Below are positions 1 to 10,111 of a DNA stretch of 35,561 nucleotides, piece by piece. The notes beneath the pieces are model-generated. The model made no database searches. It was not told the origin of the DNA and saw only the letters and a program-made list of their open reading frames with translations. Location of the stretch: the NCBI GenBank assembly GCA_964443035.1, contig CAYUBV010000003.1, positions 1 to 35,561 of the forward strand, read 5' to 3'. The first letter of the stretch is position 1. Each line of letters begins with the position of its first letter. Source of the stretch: an uncultured Tangfeifania sp. (GTDB lineage: Bacteria > Bacteroidota > Bacteroidia > Bacteroidales > Prolixibacteraceae). The position numbers were made by a program, and so were the translations under genes.

Positions 1-925
1 CTTCACTTTCAAAAACATCTTCGGTTACTTCCATTGATTCCAAACCAAATTTCTGAAAAATTTCTTCGCCAACCTTTGTTTCGCGGTTATGAAATGCCGG
101 CAGGCAGTGCAGAAACTTCACATTGGGATTTCCGGTAAGTTCCAGCGTTTTTTTATTCACCTGGTAGGGCAGCATCAATTCAATGCGTTTTGCCCACATG
201 TCTTCCAGTTCGCCCATGGAGAGCCACACATCGGTATAGATGAAATCACAATCTTTTATGGCTTTGGCAACATCTTCAGTCACAGTTATTTTTGCGCCTG
301 TACTTTTTGCTATTTCCAGGCACTCCTGCTGCAGTTCTTCATTTGGCTGGGCCTGCTTTGGTGCAGCCGCCCTGAAATCCATTCCCAGTTTGGCAGCGCC
401 CACCATCAGTGAACTACCCATGTTATTTTGGGCATCGCCCATGTAACAAAACATAATTTCAGAAAGCGGTTTGTTTGAATGTTCTTTCATGGTTAAGAAA
501 TCAGCCAGAATCTGGGTCGGATGAAATTCATTGGTCAGTCCGTTCCAAACCGGTACTCCGGCATATTTGCCAAGAATTTCAACTGTTTCCTGTGCAAAAC
601 CGCGGTATTCAATGCCGTCGTACATTCGCCCGAGCACGCGGGCAGTGTCTTTCATCGATTCTTTGTTCCCGATTTGCGACCCAGATGGTCCGAGATACGT
701 TACCTGCGCTCCCTGATCGAACGCCGCAACTTCAAAAGCACAGCGGGTTCGTGTAGATGCTTTTTCAAAAATGAGTGCAATGTTTTTACCCGTCAGTTTT
801 GGCTGCTCGGTTCCGGCGTATTTAGCCTTTTTTAGTGATTCAGAAAGCTCAAGTAAAAAATGAATCTCTTTGGGAGAGAAATCCAGTAGCTTCAGAAAAT
901 TTCTGTTTTTTAAATTGAATGCCAT
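1..925 (-). CDS. arcB: Ornithine carbamoyltransferase (probably catabolic), 3' end truncated by window edge
   Basis: Manual minus-strand translation from ATG at 925 gives [16 protein letters not shown]...[16 protein letters not shown]...HPTQ...DVWLSMGE...HCLPAFH, open to position 1. STRTR, HPTQ, SMG and HCLP are OTCase motifs. It lies 13 bp downstream of carbamate kinase. Absent from the ORF track, presumably because it has no stop in the window. Confidence 0.93.
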   Translation of the reverse strand, partial: MAFNLKNRNFLKLLDFSPKEIHFLLELSESLKKAKYAGTEQPKLTGKNIALIFEKASTRTRCAFEVAAFDQGAQVTYLGPSGSQIGNKESMKDTARVLGRMYDGIEYRGFAQETVEILGKYAGVPVWNGLTNEFHPTQILADFLTMKEHSNKPLSEIMFCYMGDAQNNMGSSLMVGAAKLGMDFRAAAPKQAQPNEELQQECLEIAKSTGAKITVTEDVAKAIKDCDFIYTDVWLSMGELEDMWAKRIELMLPYQVNKKTLELTGNPNVKFLHCLPAFHNRETKVGEEIFQKFGLESMEVTEDVFESE

Positions 926-938
926 GTTTTAGTAAATT

Positions 939-1895
939 TTAGTCTTCGTAATTGAATGTTATTTTGGAACCAAACGATTTGTCTTCCAGCTTTTTAGCTT
1001 CGGTAATCACACATTTTTTTCCGCCGCTGTTCAAAAAATTAAGGCAGGCCCTGATTTTTGGTTCCATGCTGCCTTCGCCAAAGATACCGTTTTCGAGGTA
1101 TTTTTTTGTATCGGCATAATTCAAAAATTCCAGTTTTTCCTGGGCAGGGTTGCCGAAATCTTTGTAAATAAAAGGCACATCGGTTAAAATATACAATTCA
1201 TCTGCATCGATATTCTTTGCCAGTAATCCGGAAGCCAGGTCTTTATCGATAACGGCATCGAGTGTCCGCATGGTATTTTCGCTGTCGTAATATACCGGAA
1301 TACCACCGCCACCGGCAGCAATTACAATGTTTCCGTTTTTCACCAGCAACCCGATGGTTTCCTTGTTAATAATATCGAGCGGAGCAGGGGAGTACACCAC
1401 CCGCCGGTAGCCGCCGCCCAGTTTCGACGAAGGTTTAAACATCCATCCCTTTTCACGACTCAGGCGGTCGGCTTCGTCTTTTACATACATTTTCCCGATG
1501 CGTTTCGACGGATTTTTAAACGCCGGATCATTTTCATCCACTTCCACCAGTGTTACCATGGTTATTACATTTTTCTGAATTCCATGTTCCAGCAACACAT
1601 TTCGCAGCATTCGCTCAACCATGTACCCGATTCCTCCCTGCGAGTCGGCTACACAAATATCAAGTGGCATGGGCGCGATATTGTACAATTTTTCGCCGGC
1701 ATCGTTCCGCATCAGGATGTTTCCCACCTGCGGACCGTTTCCGTGGGTAATAACCAGTTCATACCCGTCTTTTATCAGGTGAACCAGGTTTTCAATCGTT
1801 TCGGTTGCATTTTTTTCCTGTTGTTCAATGGTCCCCTCTTCATTTTCGCGCAGCAGGGCGTTTCCACCCAATGCCACAACTGCCAGTTTTTCCAT
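939..1895 (-). CDS. arcC: Carbamate kinase
   Basis: VVALGGNAL, THGNGPQVG, GGGGIPV, AVIDKDLAS and GSMEPKI motifs. Start placed at ATG 1895 (MEKLAVVALGG) rather than 1979 because the family begins there and a -7 promoter box lies at 1917-1924. Confidence 0.95.
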   Translation of the reverse strand: MEKLAVVALGGNALLRENEEGTIEQQEKNATETIENLVHLIKDGYELVITHGNGPQVGNILMRNDAGEKLYNIAPMPLDICVADSQGGIGYMVERMLRNVLLEHGIQKNVITMVTLVEVDENDPAFKNPSKRIGKMYVKDEADRLSREKGWMFKPSSKLGGGYRRVVYSPAPLDIINKETIGLLVKNGNIVIAAGGGGIPVYYDSENTMRTLDAVIDKDLASGLLAKNIDADELYILTDVPFIYKDFGNPAQEKLEFLNYADTKKYLENGIFGEGSMEPKIRACLNFLNSGGKKCVITEAKKLEDKSFGSKITFNYED

Positions 1896-1916
1896 TATCA
1901 GTTTTTTAGTTCGAAA

Positions 1917-1924
1917 CAAACATA
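1917..1924 (-). promoter_or_regulatory. Bacteroidota primary-sigma -7 box (TATGTTTG) upstream of arcC
   Basis: Plus-strand CAAACATA reads TAnnTTTG on the minus strand, 21 bp upstream of the arcC ATG. Confidence 0.6.
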
Positions 1925-2141
1925 AAAAAAGCATTGTATAAAAGGAATGGAGTTTTGTCATTTTTTGTTTTTCATACAATGTTAAAAAACAGCGATTTAT
2001 ATTCCAAAAATCAAATTATTAGCTGGGTTGAGTTAAAAACATCAAAAACAAAGAAAATTCACTCTTTCAATATCATTTTTCTTTTTTAACCGTTCTTTTT
2101 TTTGAAGGCAAATTCTGAACAGTTGGCTGGATATTTTTAAT

Positions 2142-2149
2142 TAAATTTG
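2142..2149 (+). promoter_or_regulatory. -7 box (TAAATTTG) upstream of ftsK
   Basis: Exact TAnnTTTG 27 bp upstream of ATG 2177. It overlaps the TTG start given by the ORF track, which argues against that start. Confidence 0.6.
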
Positions 2150-2176
2150 CACTTCATTAAAACAAGCAGCACCTTT

Positions 2177-4570
2177 ATGTCATCGAAATCAAAAAAGCCT
2201 GGAAAATCAAACCGGAAGCAAAAAAGCAACAAACAGCCTTTCTTTAAAAATGAAAAGTTCAGGTTTATTTTTGGATTGCTGATTTTGCTGATTTCTGCTT
2301 ATCTGCTCATTGCATTTATTTCCTTTCTATTTTATGGCGCTGCCGATCAGAGCAAACTCGATTTGCCCTGGAAGGAACTGGTGATGAATTCAGATATTAA
2401 AGTACAGAATTTAGCAGGCAAAACAGGCGCTTATCTTTCAGAAGTCATAATTAACAGGGGATTTGGGATTGCGTCTTTTATTTTCATTTATTTTTTGGTT
2501 GTAACAGGTTTTAAAGTTCTTGGCCGCAATCTTGTAAAATACCGGAGAAGTTTGGTATTCAGCCTGCTTCTGATTCTTTGGTTATCGGTAACCCTGGGGT
2601 TGGCTTTTACAAAAACCGATGCAGGAACCTATATGTACGCCGGCGGAAGGTATGGTTTTATAATAAGCAATTGGTTAAGATCTTTGATTGGCACACCGGG
2701 AGTGATTTTGTTACTGTTTATTACCGGACTGACGCTTGTTATTACCCGTTTCGATAAAGCATATTCTTTCTTTAAAAATCTTTTTAGAAAAAAACCGAAG
2801 GAAGAAAAAGAAAGTTCTTCTGAGAAGAATACTGAAAAGGACAATAAACAGGTTATCGAAGATGATTCAATTTCGAAGGTAATTGACGACGACGATATAG
2901 TGAAGGCCATTTTTGAGCCCGATTCCGGTGAAGATGAAATGCCTGAAATTGCTGAAAAACCGACGAAACAAAAAACTAAAAATAAAGATGAAGAAGAAGA
3001 TTTGGAGTTGACGGTAGAACAAAAAGAAGAGGAAGAAGCAGACGGAGATTACCGGAAAGAACCCATGGATGATTACGACCCGACACTCGAACTTTCGAAC
3101 TACAAATTCCCGACGCTCGATGTTCTCGAAGACCACAGCGCAGGAAATTCGGAAGTAACCAACGAAGAATTAATTGCCAACAAAAACAAAATTGTTGAAA
3201 CCCTGCGTCACTATAAAATTGAAATTACCAAAATCAGGGCAACTATCGGCCCCACAATTACACTTTATGAAATTGTGCCTGCACCAGGTATTCGCATTTC
3301 AAAAATAAAAAACCTGGAAGACGATATAGCCCTGAGCCTGGCAGCACTGGGAATCCGGATTATTGCACCGATTCCGGGACGCGGAACAATTGGTATCGAA
3401 GTGCCCAACCAACATCCCGAAATCGTTTCGATGCGTTCAATTCTAAGTTCACGCAAATTCCAGGAAAGCAACGCTGAACTTCCGATAGCACTTGGAAAAA
3501 CTATTTCCAACGAAACCTATATGTTCGACCTCACCAAAATGCCGCATATTTTGGTGGCCGGTGCTACCGGACAAGGAAAATCAGTTGGTATAAATGTGAT
3601 TATTACTTCGCTGCTTTATAAAAAACATCCTTCGCAACTAAAGTTTGTTTTTGTCGACCCGAAGAAAGTGGAGCTGAACCTTTATTCAGTTCTTGAAAAA
3701 CATTACCTGGCGAAACTTCCGAATGAAGAAGAGCCGGTGATTACCGATATTCAGAAGGTAAAATATACCCTAAATTCCATTAATGTGGAAATGGACCAGC
3801 GGTACGATTTGCTGAAAAAAGCACATGCCAGAAATATCAAAGAATACAACCGGAAGTTCATCAGCCGGAAACTGAACCCTGAAAAAGGACACCGGTTTAT
3901 GCCTTACATTGTGATGGTTATCGATGAATTTGCTGATCTGATAATGACAGCCGGCAAAGAAATTGAATTGCCGATTGCACGTATTGCGCAGTTGGCAAGG
4001 GCAGTGGGTATTCACATGATAATAGCTACACAGCGGCCTTCAACCAATATTATTACCGGGGTTATTAAAGCAAATTTCCCGGCCCGAATTGCTTTCAAAG
4101 TAGCTTCGATGATTGATTCACGCACGATTCTCGATACACCGGGGGCCAACCAGTTGATTGGAAAAGGCGATATGTTGATTTCATCCGGAAGCGAAATGAC
4201 AAGGGTACAATGCGCATTTGTCGACACTCCTGAAGTGGAAGAAATCTGTTCATTTATTTCAGAACAAAAAGGTTTTCCAACGGCATTTATGCTGCCGGAG
4301 TACCAGGAAGATGAAGAAGCCGGCCCGGGTGAAGTGGATTTGAATAACCGCGACGAACTTTTTGACGACGCTGCCCGCGTGGTGGTTATCAACCAAATGG
4401 GGTCTACTTCCATGATTCAGCGTAGGTTTTCGATTGGCTACAACCGGGCAGGCCGGATTATGGATCAATTAGAGGCTGCCGGAGTTGTGGGTACAAGTGA
4501 AGGAAGTAAAGCCCGGCAGGTGCTTATTCAGGATGAATACACTTTGGAACAATTGTTGAATAGCTTGTAA
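2177..4570 (+). CDS. ftsK: DNA translocase FtsK
   Basis: N-terminal TM segments, acidic linker, Walker A (AGATGQGKS), Walker B (MVIDEFADL), ATQRPS and a C-terminal gamma domain (GSTSMIQRRFSIGYNRAGRIMDQLE). Confidence 0.96.
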   Translation: MSSKSKKPGKSNRKQKSNKQPFFKNEKFRFIFGLLILLISAYLLIAFISFLFYGAADQSKLDLPWKELVMNSDIKVQNLAGKTGAYLSEVIINRGFGIASFIFIYFLVVTGFKVLGRNLVKYRRSLVFSLLLILWLSVTLGLAFTKTDAGTYMYAGGRYGFIISNWLRSLIGTPGVILLLFITGLTLVITRFDKAYSFFKNLFRKKPKEEKESSSEKNTEKDNKQVIEDDSISKVIDDDDIVKAIFEPDSGEDEMPEIAEKPTKQKTKNKDEEEDLELTVEQKEEEEADGDYRKEPMDDYDPTLELSNYKFPTLDVLEDHSAGNSEVTNEELIANKNKIVETLRHYKIEITKIRATIGPTITLYEIVPAPGIRISKIKNLEDDIALSLAALGIRIIAPIPGRGTIGIEVPNQHPEIVSMRSILSSRKFQESNAELPIALGKTISNETYMFDLTKMPHILVAGATGQGKSVGINVIITSLLYKKHPSQLKFVFVDPKKVELNLYSVLEKHYLAKLPNEEEPVITDIQKVKYTLNSINVEMDQRYDLLKKAHARNIKEYNRKFISRKLNPEKGHRFMPYIVMVIDEFADLIMTAGKEIELPIARIAQLARAVGIHMIIATQRPSTNIITGVIKANFPARIAFKVASMIDSRTILDTPGANQLIGKGDMLISSGSEMTRVQCAFVDTPEVEEICSFISEQKGFPTAFMLPEYQEDEEAGPGEVDLNNRDELFDDAARVVVINQMGSTSMIQRRFSIGYNRAGRIMDQLEAAGVVGTSEGSKARQVLIQDEYTLEQLLNSL

Positions 4571-4582
4571 TAAAATTATATA

Positions 4583-5233
4583 ATGAGGAAACTTTTTTTA
4601 TTGGGAATGATTTTGGCAGTGTCGCTGTTTTCTGTTGCACAGGAAAATACAACCGCCAAAGAAATTTTAGACGAGGTTAGTAAAAAAACACAGTCATACA
4701 ATTCCATTTCAGCCCATTTTATATTTTCTATGGACAATGAGGAAATGGATATACATGAAAAAAACGAAGGCTCAATCCAGTTGAAAGGTCAGAAATATGT
4801 GTTGACCCTTCCTGATGTAGGGCTGAAAGTTTTTTCTGATGGTGAAACAATCTGGAACTACATGACTGACGGGAACCAGGTGACTATTTCGACTGTTGAA
4901 GACAGCGGCAGCGATTTGATGGATCCTTCTTCCATTTTCAGTATTTATGAAAAAGGATTTGAATCGGAATATACCGGAACCACCAATAAAGACGGTAAAA
5001 CACTTCATGAGATTGAACTTTACCCGGACACCGATGAACACGATGTTTCCAAGATTATTCTTTACATCGATAAAGCGACAATGATGATCGATTCGGCAGT
5101 TTTGCACGGAATCGAAGGTAATTTATACGGAATTGAAGTTACTGAAATGGATATAAAAACAGAATTACCCGATTCATATTTTGTTTTTGAACCAGACAAT
5201 TACGGCGATATCGAGGTGATTGATTTTCGTTAA
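4583..5233 (+). CDS. lolA: LolA-like outer-membrane lipoprotein carrier protein
   Basis: Sec signal peptide, SDGETIWNY...NQVTI segment, C-terminal F-x-F...EVIDFR typical of Bacteroidota LolA, and position directly after ftsK. Confidence 0.82.
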   Translation: MRKLFLLGMILAVSLFSVAQENTTAKEILDEVSKKTQSYNSISAHFIFSMDNEEMDIHEKNEGSIQLKGQKYVLTLPDVGLKVFSDGETIWNYMTDGNQVTISTVEDSGSDLMDPSSIFSIYEKGFESEYTGTTNKDGKTLHEIELYPDTDEHDVSKIILYIDKATMMIDSAVLHGIEGNLYGIEVTEMDIKTELPDSYFVFEPDNYGDIEVIDFR

Positions 5234-5236
5234 AAA

Positions 5237-6664
5237 TCATTTTTTCATCTGCATCTTGCGTTGAACAATTTTATCAACTGTTGAAATTTCAATAAACGAA
5301 GCGCCGCAGTCTTCACCAAACAGGCCACCCACATAAAGAATCAAATCTTCAGGATGAATCGTATTATCTTTTGTTAGTGAGCCAATGGCTGCTTTTTGAA
5401 TTTTCAGGCGGTTTTTCTTCATTTCCAGAAAAGTAGGAATAATCCCGAACGAAAGCGACAGTTCACGCACCACCCTGTCTGAATGGCACTTGGCATAAAC
5501 CGGAATATCTGAGCGGTAAGCAGACAGGTACCTTGCCGTTTTGCCGGTTGTGGTGGAAGTAATAATTGCTTCAGGGTGCAAATCTTGAGCTGTCCGCATG
5601 GCCGAATGCGCCAGGTAAGCCGGTATTTCGTTGTTTACAGGAGGCAAAATGACATCGTACTGTTTATTGCGATTGGGTTCCACTTCATTGGCAATGCGGT
5701 GCATTAGCCGTACAGATTCAACGGGGTATTTACCAATGGCAGTTTCGCCGGAGAGCATTATTGCATCGGCGCGTGAATAAATGGCACTGGCCACATCGTT
5801 TACCTCGGCACGCGTAGGCCGGGGGTTTTCAATCATACTGTGCAACATTTGGGTGGCAACAATCACCGGTTTCTTTTTTACAACAGCTTTTCGAATCAGG
5901 TTTCGCTGAACAGTCGGAATTTTTTCTGCCGGTAGCTCTATTCCCAAATCTCCGCGGGCAATCATTATTCCGTACGAATGGTCCAGGATTTCATCAATTT
6001 TTTCAACTCCTTCCAGGTTTTCAATTTTTGAAATAATTTTCATTTCACTGTTCAGTTCATCGAGCAGCCCCTGGAGTTCAAATAAATCTTCTTTATTGCG
6101 CACAAATGAATGGGCAATAAAATCGAGTTTGTTTTCCTCTGCAAAACGGATGAATTCCCGGTCTTTGTCTGAAAGAGTGGGAAGGTAGGTAACCACACCC
6201 GGAACATTTACACTTTTATTGTTTTTTATGGTACCGCTGTTTTTCACCTGGCACAGCAACTTATCTTCCGTTTTATCCTGAACAACGACCTCAATATCGC
6301 CATCGTCGAACAATATACGATCGCCTATTTTTACATCTTCCACAAAATTGTGGTAATTCACACAAACTCCCGGGAAAGCAGCGTTTTCATCTTTGTTATA
6401 CGAAATGGTAATAATTTGATTTTCTTCCACAGCCACTTCATCCTGCATCCGGCAGGTTCGTATTTCCGGACCTTTTGTATCGACCAAAATGGCGATTTTA
6501 TCGGAAACAGCACGTACATTCTCAATAATTTTCATTCCGGATTCAAGAGTGATATGGGCAGTATTAATTCGGGCTACATTCATTCCGGCATTGTAAAGTG
6601 CCTGAATAAAATCTTTTTCACACCTTATATCAGAAAGTGTGGCAACTATTTTTGTTTGTCTCAT
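5237..6664 (-). CDS. pyk: Pyruvate kinase
   Basis: TKIVAT, AGMNVARIN, DTKGPEIRT, IARGDLG, ATQMLHSM, PTRAE and MLSGETA motifs. Confidence 0.97.
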   Translation of the reverse strand: MRQTKIVATLSDIRCEKDFIQALYNAGMNVARINTAHITLESGMKIIENVRAVSDKIAILVDTKGPEIRTCRMQDEVAVEENQIITISYNKDENAAFPGVCVNYHNFVEDVKIGDRILFDDGDIEVVVQDKTEDKLLCQVKNSGTIKNNKSVNVPGVVTYLPTLSDKDREFIRFAEENKLDFIAHSFVRNKEDLFELQGLLDELNSEMKIISKIENLEGVEKIDEILDHSYGIMIARGDLGIELPAEKIPTVQRNLIRKAVVKKKPVIVATQMLHSMIENPRPTRAEVNDVASAIYSRADAIMLSGETAIGKYPVESVRLMHRIANEVEPNRNKQYDVILPPVNNEIPAYLAHSAMRTAQDLHPEAIITSTTTGKTARYLSAYRSDIPVYAKCHSDRVVRELSLSFGIIPTFLEMKKNRLKIQKAAIGSLTKDNTIHPEDLILYVGGLFGEDCGASFIEISTVDKIVQRKMQMKK

Positions 6665-6773
6665 TTTGCTTTTATTTTTTGCAATTCACAGTACTACCAT
6701 TAATTGAAGCAATCAATCGATATTAAAGTTCGACCAATTTCAAAAATTAAGATTTCCGTGAAAAGAGTCCGGT

Positions 6774-7190
6774 TTATTTCAGAAAGCTTTGAACTGCAAG
6801 CTTGTAAGAATCGAGACCGAATCCCATAATGCATCCCCGGCAAACCGGCCCTATTATCGATTTATGCCTGAAATCCTCTCTCGATAAAGTATTCGAAATG
6901 TGTACCTCCACAACCGGAACTGAAACTGCGGCAATTGCATCACGAATCGCAACCGATGTATGTGTGTATGCGCCGGCATTTATAATAATTCCATCGGCTG
7001 AATAGCCAAACTCGTGAATTTTATCGATAAGTTCACCCTCGATATTCGATTGGAAGTATTTGATATTAACTGCTGCAAATGAAGATTTTAAGATTTCATA
7101 ATAATCTTCAAAACTTTCAGAACCATAGATACTTTTTTCACGCTTACCGAGTAAATTTAAATTGGGTCCATTGATTATCAATAAATTCAT
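6774..7190 (-). CDS. aroQ: Type II 3-dehydroquinate dehydratase
   Basis: NGPNLNLLGKRE, QSNIEGE, NAGAYTHTS and EVHISN motifs. Confidence 0.97.
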   Translation of the reverse strand: MNLLIINGPNLNLLGKREKSIYGSESFEDYYEILKSSFAAVNIKYFQSNIEGELIDKIHEFGYSADGIIINAGAYTHTSVAIRDAIAAVSVPVVEVHISNTLSREDFRHKSIIGPVCRGCIMGFGLDSYKLAVQSFLK

Positions 7191-7331
7191 TATATTTCGA
7201 TTTTAATATTTTTTATAGTAACTTTATACTAAATTGAACGTATTCAAAAACATAATAATTGAATATAATTAAACGAAGTTAATATTAAATATTTTTAAAT
7301 CAACCGATTTAAAATACAAAAATAGAAAGTT

Positions 7332-8231
7332 ATGAAATGGGAAGAAAGTAAAAAGGGGTATGAAAATTACCTTACACTGGAAAAATCACTTTCGCAAAAT
7401 TCAATTGCGGCATACATCAACGATATTAACAAACTGGAAAGTTTTTTGGAATCGAATCAGAAAAAAGTTGCGCCTGAAAAAGTAAAACTGGAGCATCTGA
7501 AAAGTTTTGTGGAATGGCTCAACGAACGGGGAGTCAGTCCCAGGACCCAGGCCCGTACAATTTCCGGAATTAAATCGTTTTACAAATATTTGCTGATTGA
7601 AGGAAAAATATCGAGCGACCCGACAGCATTGCTCGAGTCTCCAAAAATTGGTCGTAAACTTCCGGATATTTTATCGATGGAAGAAATTGACACACTGATT
7701 GATGCAGTTGACCTGGAAAAGCCCGAGGGTCAGCGAAATAAAGCAATGCTTGAAACACTATATAGCTGCGGATTAAGGGTTTCGGAACTGGTAAACCTGA
7801 AAATAACCAACCTCTTTTTCGATCAGGGATTCATTAAAGTTGAAGGAAAAGCCGATAAAGAAAGGCTGGTTCCGGTGAGCAACCGGGCAATTGAGGAGAT
7901 CAATAAATACATGAAAGGATACCGCAAAAACCTGAAAATTGACAAAGAAAGTGAAAACATTCTGTTCTTAAACCGGAGGGGTAAAAAGCTCAGCCGTGTG
8001 ATGGTTTTTACCATCATAAAAAACCTGGCCGAAAAGATTGATCTCGACAAGAAAATCAGTCCGCATACGTTCAGGCACTCATTTGCCACTCACTTAATTA
8101 ACGGTGGCGCCGATTTAAGAGCTGTTCAGGAAATGCTGGGGCATGAATCTATTTTGACAACTGAAATTTACACCCATCTTGACCGTGATTATCTGAAAAA
8201 TACGATTCATCAGTATCATCCAAGATCTTAA
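7332..8231 (+). CDS. xerD: Site-specific tyrosine recombinase XerD
   Basis: SAM-like N-domain plus LYSCGLRVSE, SPHTFRHSFATHL and LGHESILTTEIYT (R-H-R-H-Y). Housekeeping context, divergent from aroQ. The XerD versus XerC assignment rests on motif resemblance. Confidence 0.88.
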   Translation: MKWEESKKGYENYLTLEKSLSQNSIAAYINDINKLESFLESNQKKVAPEKVKLEHLKSFVEWLNERGVSPRTQARTISGIKSFYKYLLIEGKISSDPTALLESPKIGRKLPDILSMEEIDTLIDAVDLEKPEGQRNKAMLETLYSCGLRVSELVNLKITNLFFDQGFIKVEGKADKERLVPVSNRAIEEINKYMKGYRKNLKIDKESENILFLNRRGKKLSRVMVFTIIKNLAEKIDLDKKISPHTFRHSFATHLINGGADLRAVQEMLGHESILTTEIYTHLDRDYLKNTIHQYHPRS

Positions 8232-8251
8232 AATCCAATTTTATAATATAC

Positions 8252-8291
8252 AAAAAGGTGTTTCTGCAATAAAGGAGACACCTTTTTTTTT
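8252..8291 (+). terminator. Intrinsic terminator after xerD
   Basis: AAAAAGGTGTTTC...GAGACACC followed by 9 T; the stem has one G-U pair. Confidence 0.75.
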
Positions 8292-8405
8292 GAAAATTTG
8301 TTCGAAAAACAAAATGTTAATCATAAGATTATTAAGATATTGTTTAAATACCTGATGTAACTGAGCAAATAACAAAAGTGACCGTACATAAGTAGAAAAT
8401 TTGGT

Positions 8406-8413
8406 TATTTTTG
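8406..8413 (+). promoter_or_regulatory. -7 box (TATTTTTG) upstream of pckA
   Basis: Exact TAnnTTTG 53 bp upstream of ATG 8467. Confidence 0.5.
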
Positions 8414-8466
8414 TTTACAGGTTTTCATGCGGGAATAATGTTTTATTAAATTAATTGTTGGTAGTT

Positions 8467-10071
8467 ATGGAAAACTTAAATTTATGGAAGTACGGAATTA
8501 AGGACGTGCAGGAAATTGTTTACAACCCATCATACGAACAACTTTTTGAAGAGGAGACAAAACCCGGCCTGGAAGGTTTTGAAAAAGGCCAGGTAACCGA
8601 AACCGGTGCAGTAAATGTTATGACAGGCAGATTTACAGGCCGCTCTCCCCGCGATAAATACATTGTGAAAGACGATATCACCAGAGACACCATCTGGTGG
8701 ACAACTCCCGAAGCTCCAAACGATAACAAACCTGTTACCCCTGAAATTTGGAATCGGTTAAAAGAAACTACCGTAAACCAGCTTTCAGGCAAACGTCTTT
8801 TTGTGATGGACACTTTTTGCGGGGCTAATCCTGACTCAAGATTGAAAGTCCGGTTTATTATGGAAGTGGCATGGCAGGCACATTTTGTAAAAAATATGTT
8901 TATCCGGCCAACTGATGAAGAACTGGAAAATTTTGGAGAACCCGATTTTGTTTCGCTGAATGCTTCAAAAACTACCAACCCAAATTGGAAAGAGCAGGGA
9001 TTGAATTCTGAAGTGTACACCGTTTTCAACCTGACTGAAAAAATGCATGTTGTTGGCGGATCGTGGTATGGCGGCGAAATGAAAAAAGGACTTTTTGCCA
9101 TGATGAATTACTACCTCCCGTTAAATGGAATGGCTTCAATGCACTGTTCGGCCAATGTAGGAGAAAACGACGATGTGGCTATTTTCTTCGGGCTTTCAGG
9201 CACCGGAAAAACTACCCTGTCAACCGATCCGAAACGTAAACTGATTGGAGATGACGAGCATGGCTGGGACAAAGATGGTGTTTTCAACTTCGAGGGAGGT
9301 TGCTATGCAAAAACCATCAACCTCGACCCGGAAGCCGAACCAGACATTTACCACGCCATTAAACGTAATGCTCTTTTGGAAAATGTAACAGTTGATGAAA
9401 ATGGAAAAATAGACTTCAGCGATGATTCAGTTACACAAAATACCCGGGTTTCTTATCCGATTTACCACATCGATAACAGTGTAAAACCTGTATCGAAAGC
9501 CGGGCATGCGCAAAAGGTAATTTTTCTGACTGCCGATGCATTTGGTGTAATGCCCCCGGTTTCAAAACTTGCGCCGGAACAAACAAAATACCACTTCCTT
9601 TCGGGTTTTACAGCCAAACTGGCTGGCACCGAACTTGGTGTAACAACTCCCCGGCCAACTTTCTCTGCATGCTTTGGAGAGGCTTTTCTTTCGTTGCATC
9701 CAACAAAATACAGCCACGAACTGGTGAAAAAAATGAAGGAACACGGAGCAATGGCTTATCTGGTAAATACCGGCTGGAACGGCTCAGGGAAACGCATTTC
9801 TATTAAAGATACCCGTGCCATTATCGATGCAATTCTCGATGGTTCCATCGAAAAAGCAGAAACTAAAATAATTCCGGTATTCAATCTTGAAGTTCCAACT
9901 GCATTGCACGATGTTGATTCGGATATTCTCGATCCACGTGATACTTACAGCCATCCGAATGAATGGGAAAAGAAAGCAAAAGATTTGGCCGGTAAATTTA
10001 TCATGAATTTTGTAAAATATTCCGATACCGAAGAAGGAAGGGCGCTGGTTGCTGCCGGTCCGCAATTATGA
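8467..10071 (+). CDS. pckA: Phosphoenolpyruvate carboxykinase (ATP)
   Basis: [42 protein letters not shown] and NFEGGCYAK motifs. ATG 8467 preferred over TTG 8455. Confidence 0.97.
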   Translation: MENLNLWKYGIKDVQEIVYNPSYEQLFEEETKPGLEGFEKGQVTETGAVNVMTGRFTGRSPRDKYIVKDDITRDTIWWTTPEAPNDNKPVTPEIWNRLKETTVNQLSGKRLFVMDTFCGANPDSRLKVRFIMEVAWQAHFVKNMFIRPTDEELENFGEPDFVSLNASKTTNPNWKEQGLNSEVYTVFNLTEKMHVVGGSWYGGEMKKGLFAMMNYYLPLNGMASMHCSANVGENDDVAIFFGLSGTGKTTLSTDPKRKLIGDDEHGWDKDGVFNFEGGCYAKTINLDPEAEPDIYHAIKRNALLENVTVDENGKIDFSDDSVTQNTRVSYPIYHIDNSVKPVSKAGHAQKVIFLTADAFGVMPPVSKLAPEQTKYHFLSGFTAKLAGTELGVTTPRPTFSACFGEAFLSLHPTKYSHELVKKMKEHGAMAYLVNTGWNGSGKRISIKDTRAIIDAILDGSIEKAETKIIPVFNLEVPTALHDVDSDILDPRDTYSHPNEWEKKAKDLAGKFIMNFVKYSDTEEGRALVAAGPQL

Positions 10072-10097
10072 TCAATCAATAAGAACCTTATTGTTGA
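10072..10097. terminator. AT-rich hairpin between convergent pckA and epimerase genes
   Basis: CAATAAG-AAC-CTTATTG stem extended by TCAA/TTGA after a 1-nt bulge; weak. Confidence 0.3.
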
Positions 10098-10111
10098 ATA
10101 ACAAAGAATTT

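Noticed and set aside
89..835. Plus-strand ORFs 89-412, 240-446, 475-756, 521-835 and 531-716
   Set aside because: They are antisense shadows of the minus-strand OTCase.
1896..2176. N-terminal extensions of arcC (to 1979) and ftsK (from 2147) in the ORF track
   Set aside because: Both use TTG starts that overlap or lie upstream of the predicted -7 promoter boxes, and the extensions show no family similarity.
7332..8231. Tyrosine recombinase as a prophage or island integrase
   Set aside because: Size and motifs fit housekeeping XerD, it is flanked by aroQ and pckA, and there is no att repeat, tRNA or cargo.
8520..9101. 193-aa antisense ORF in pckA, and similar long antisense ORFs in the asparaginase, patatin, GH92, gyrA and clpC genes
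   Set aside because: Fully nested opposite strongly conserved genes with no recognisable motifs; expected from codon bias.
5237..10071. pyk and pckA close together as a PEP-node cluster
   Set aside because: They are on opposite strands, separated by aroQ, xerD and a terminator, with no shared regulatory motif seen.
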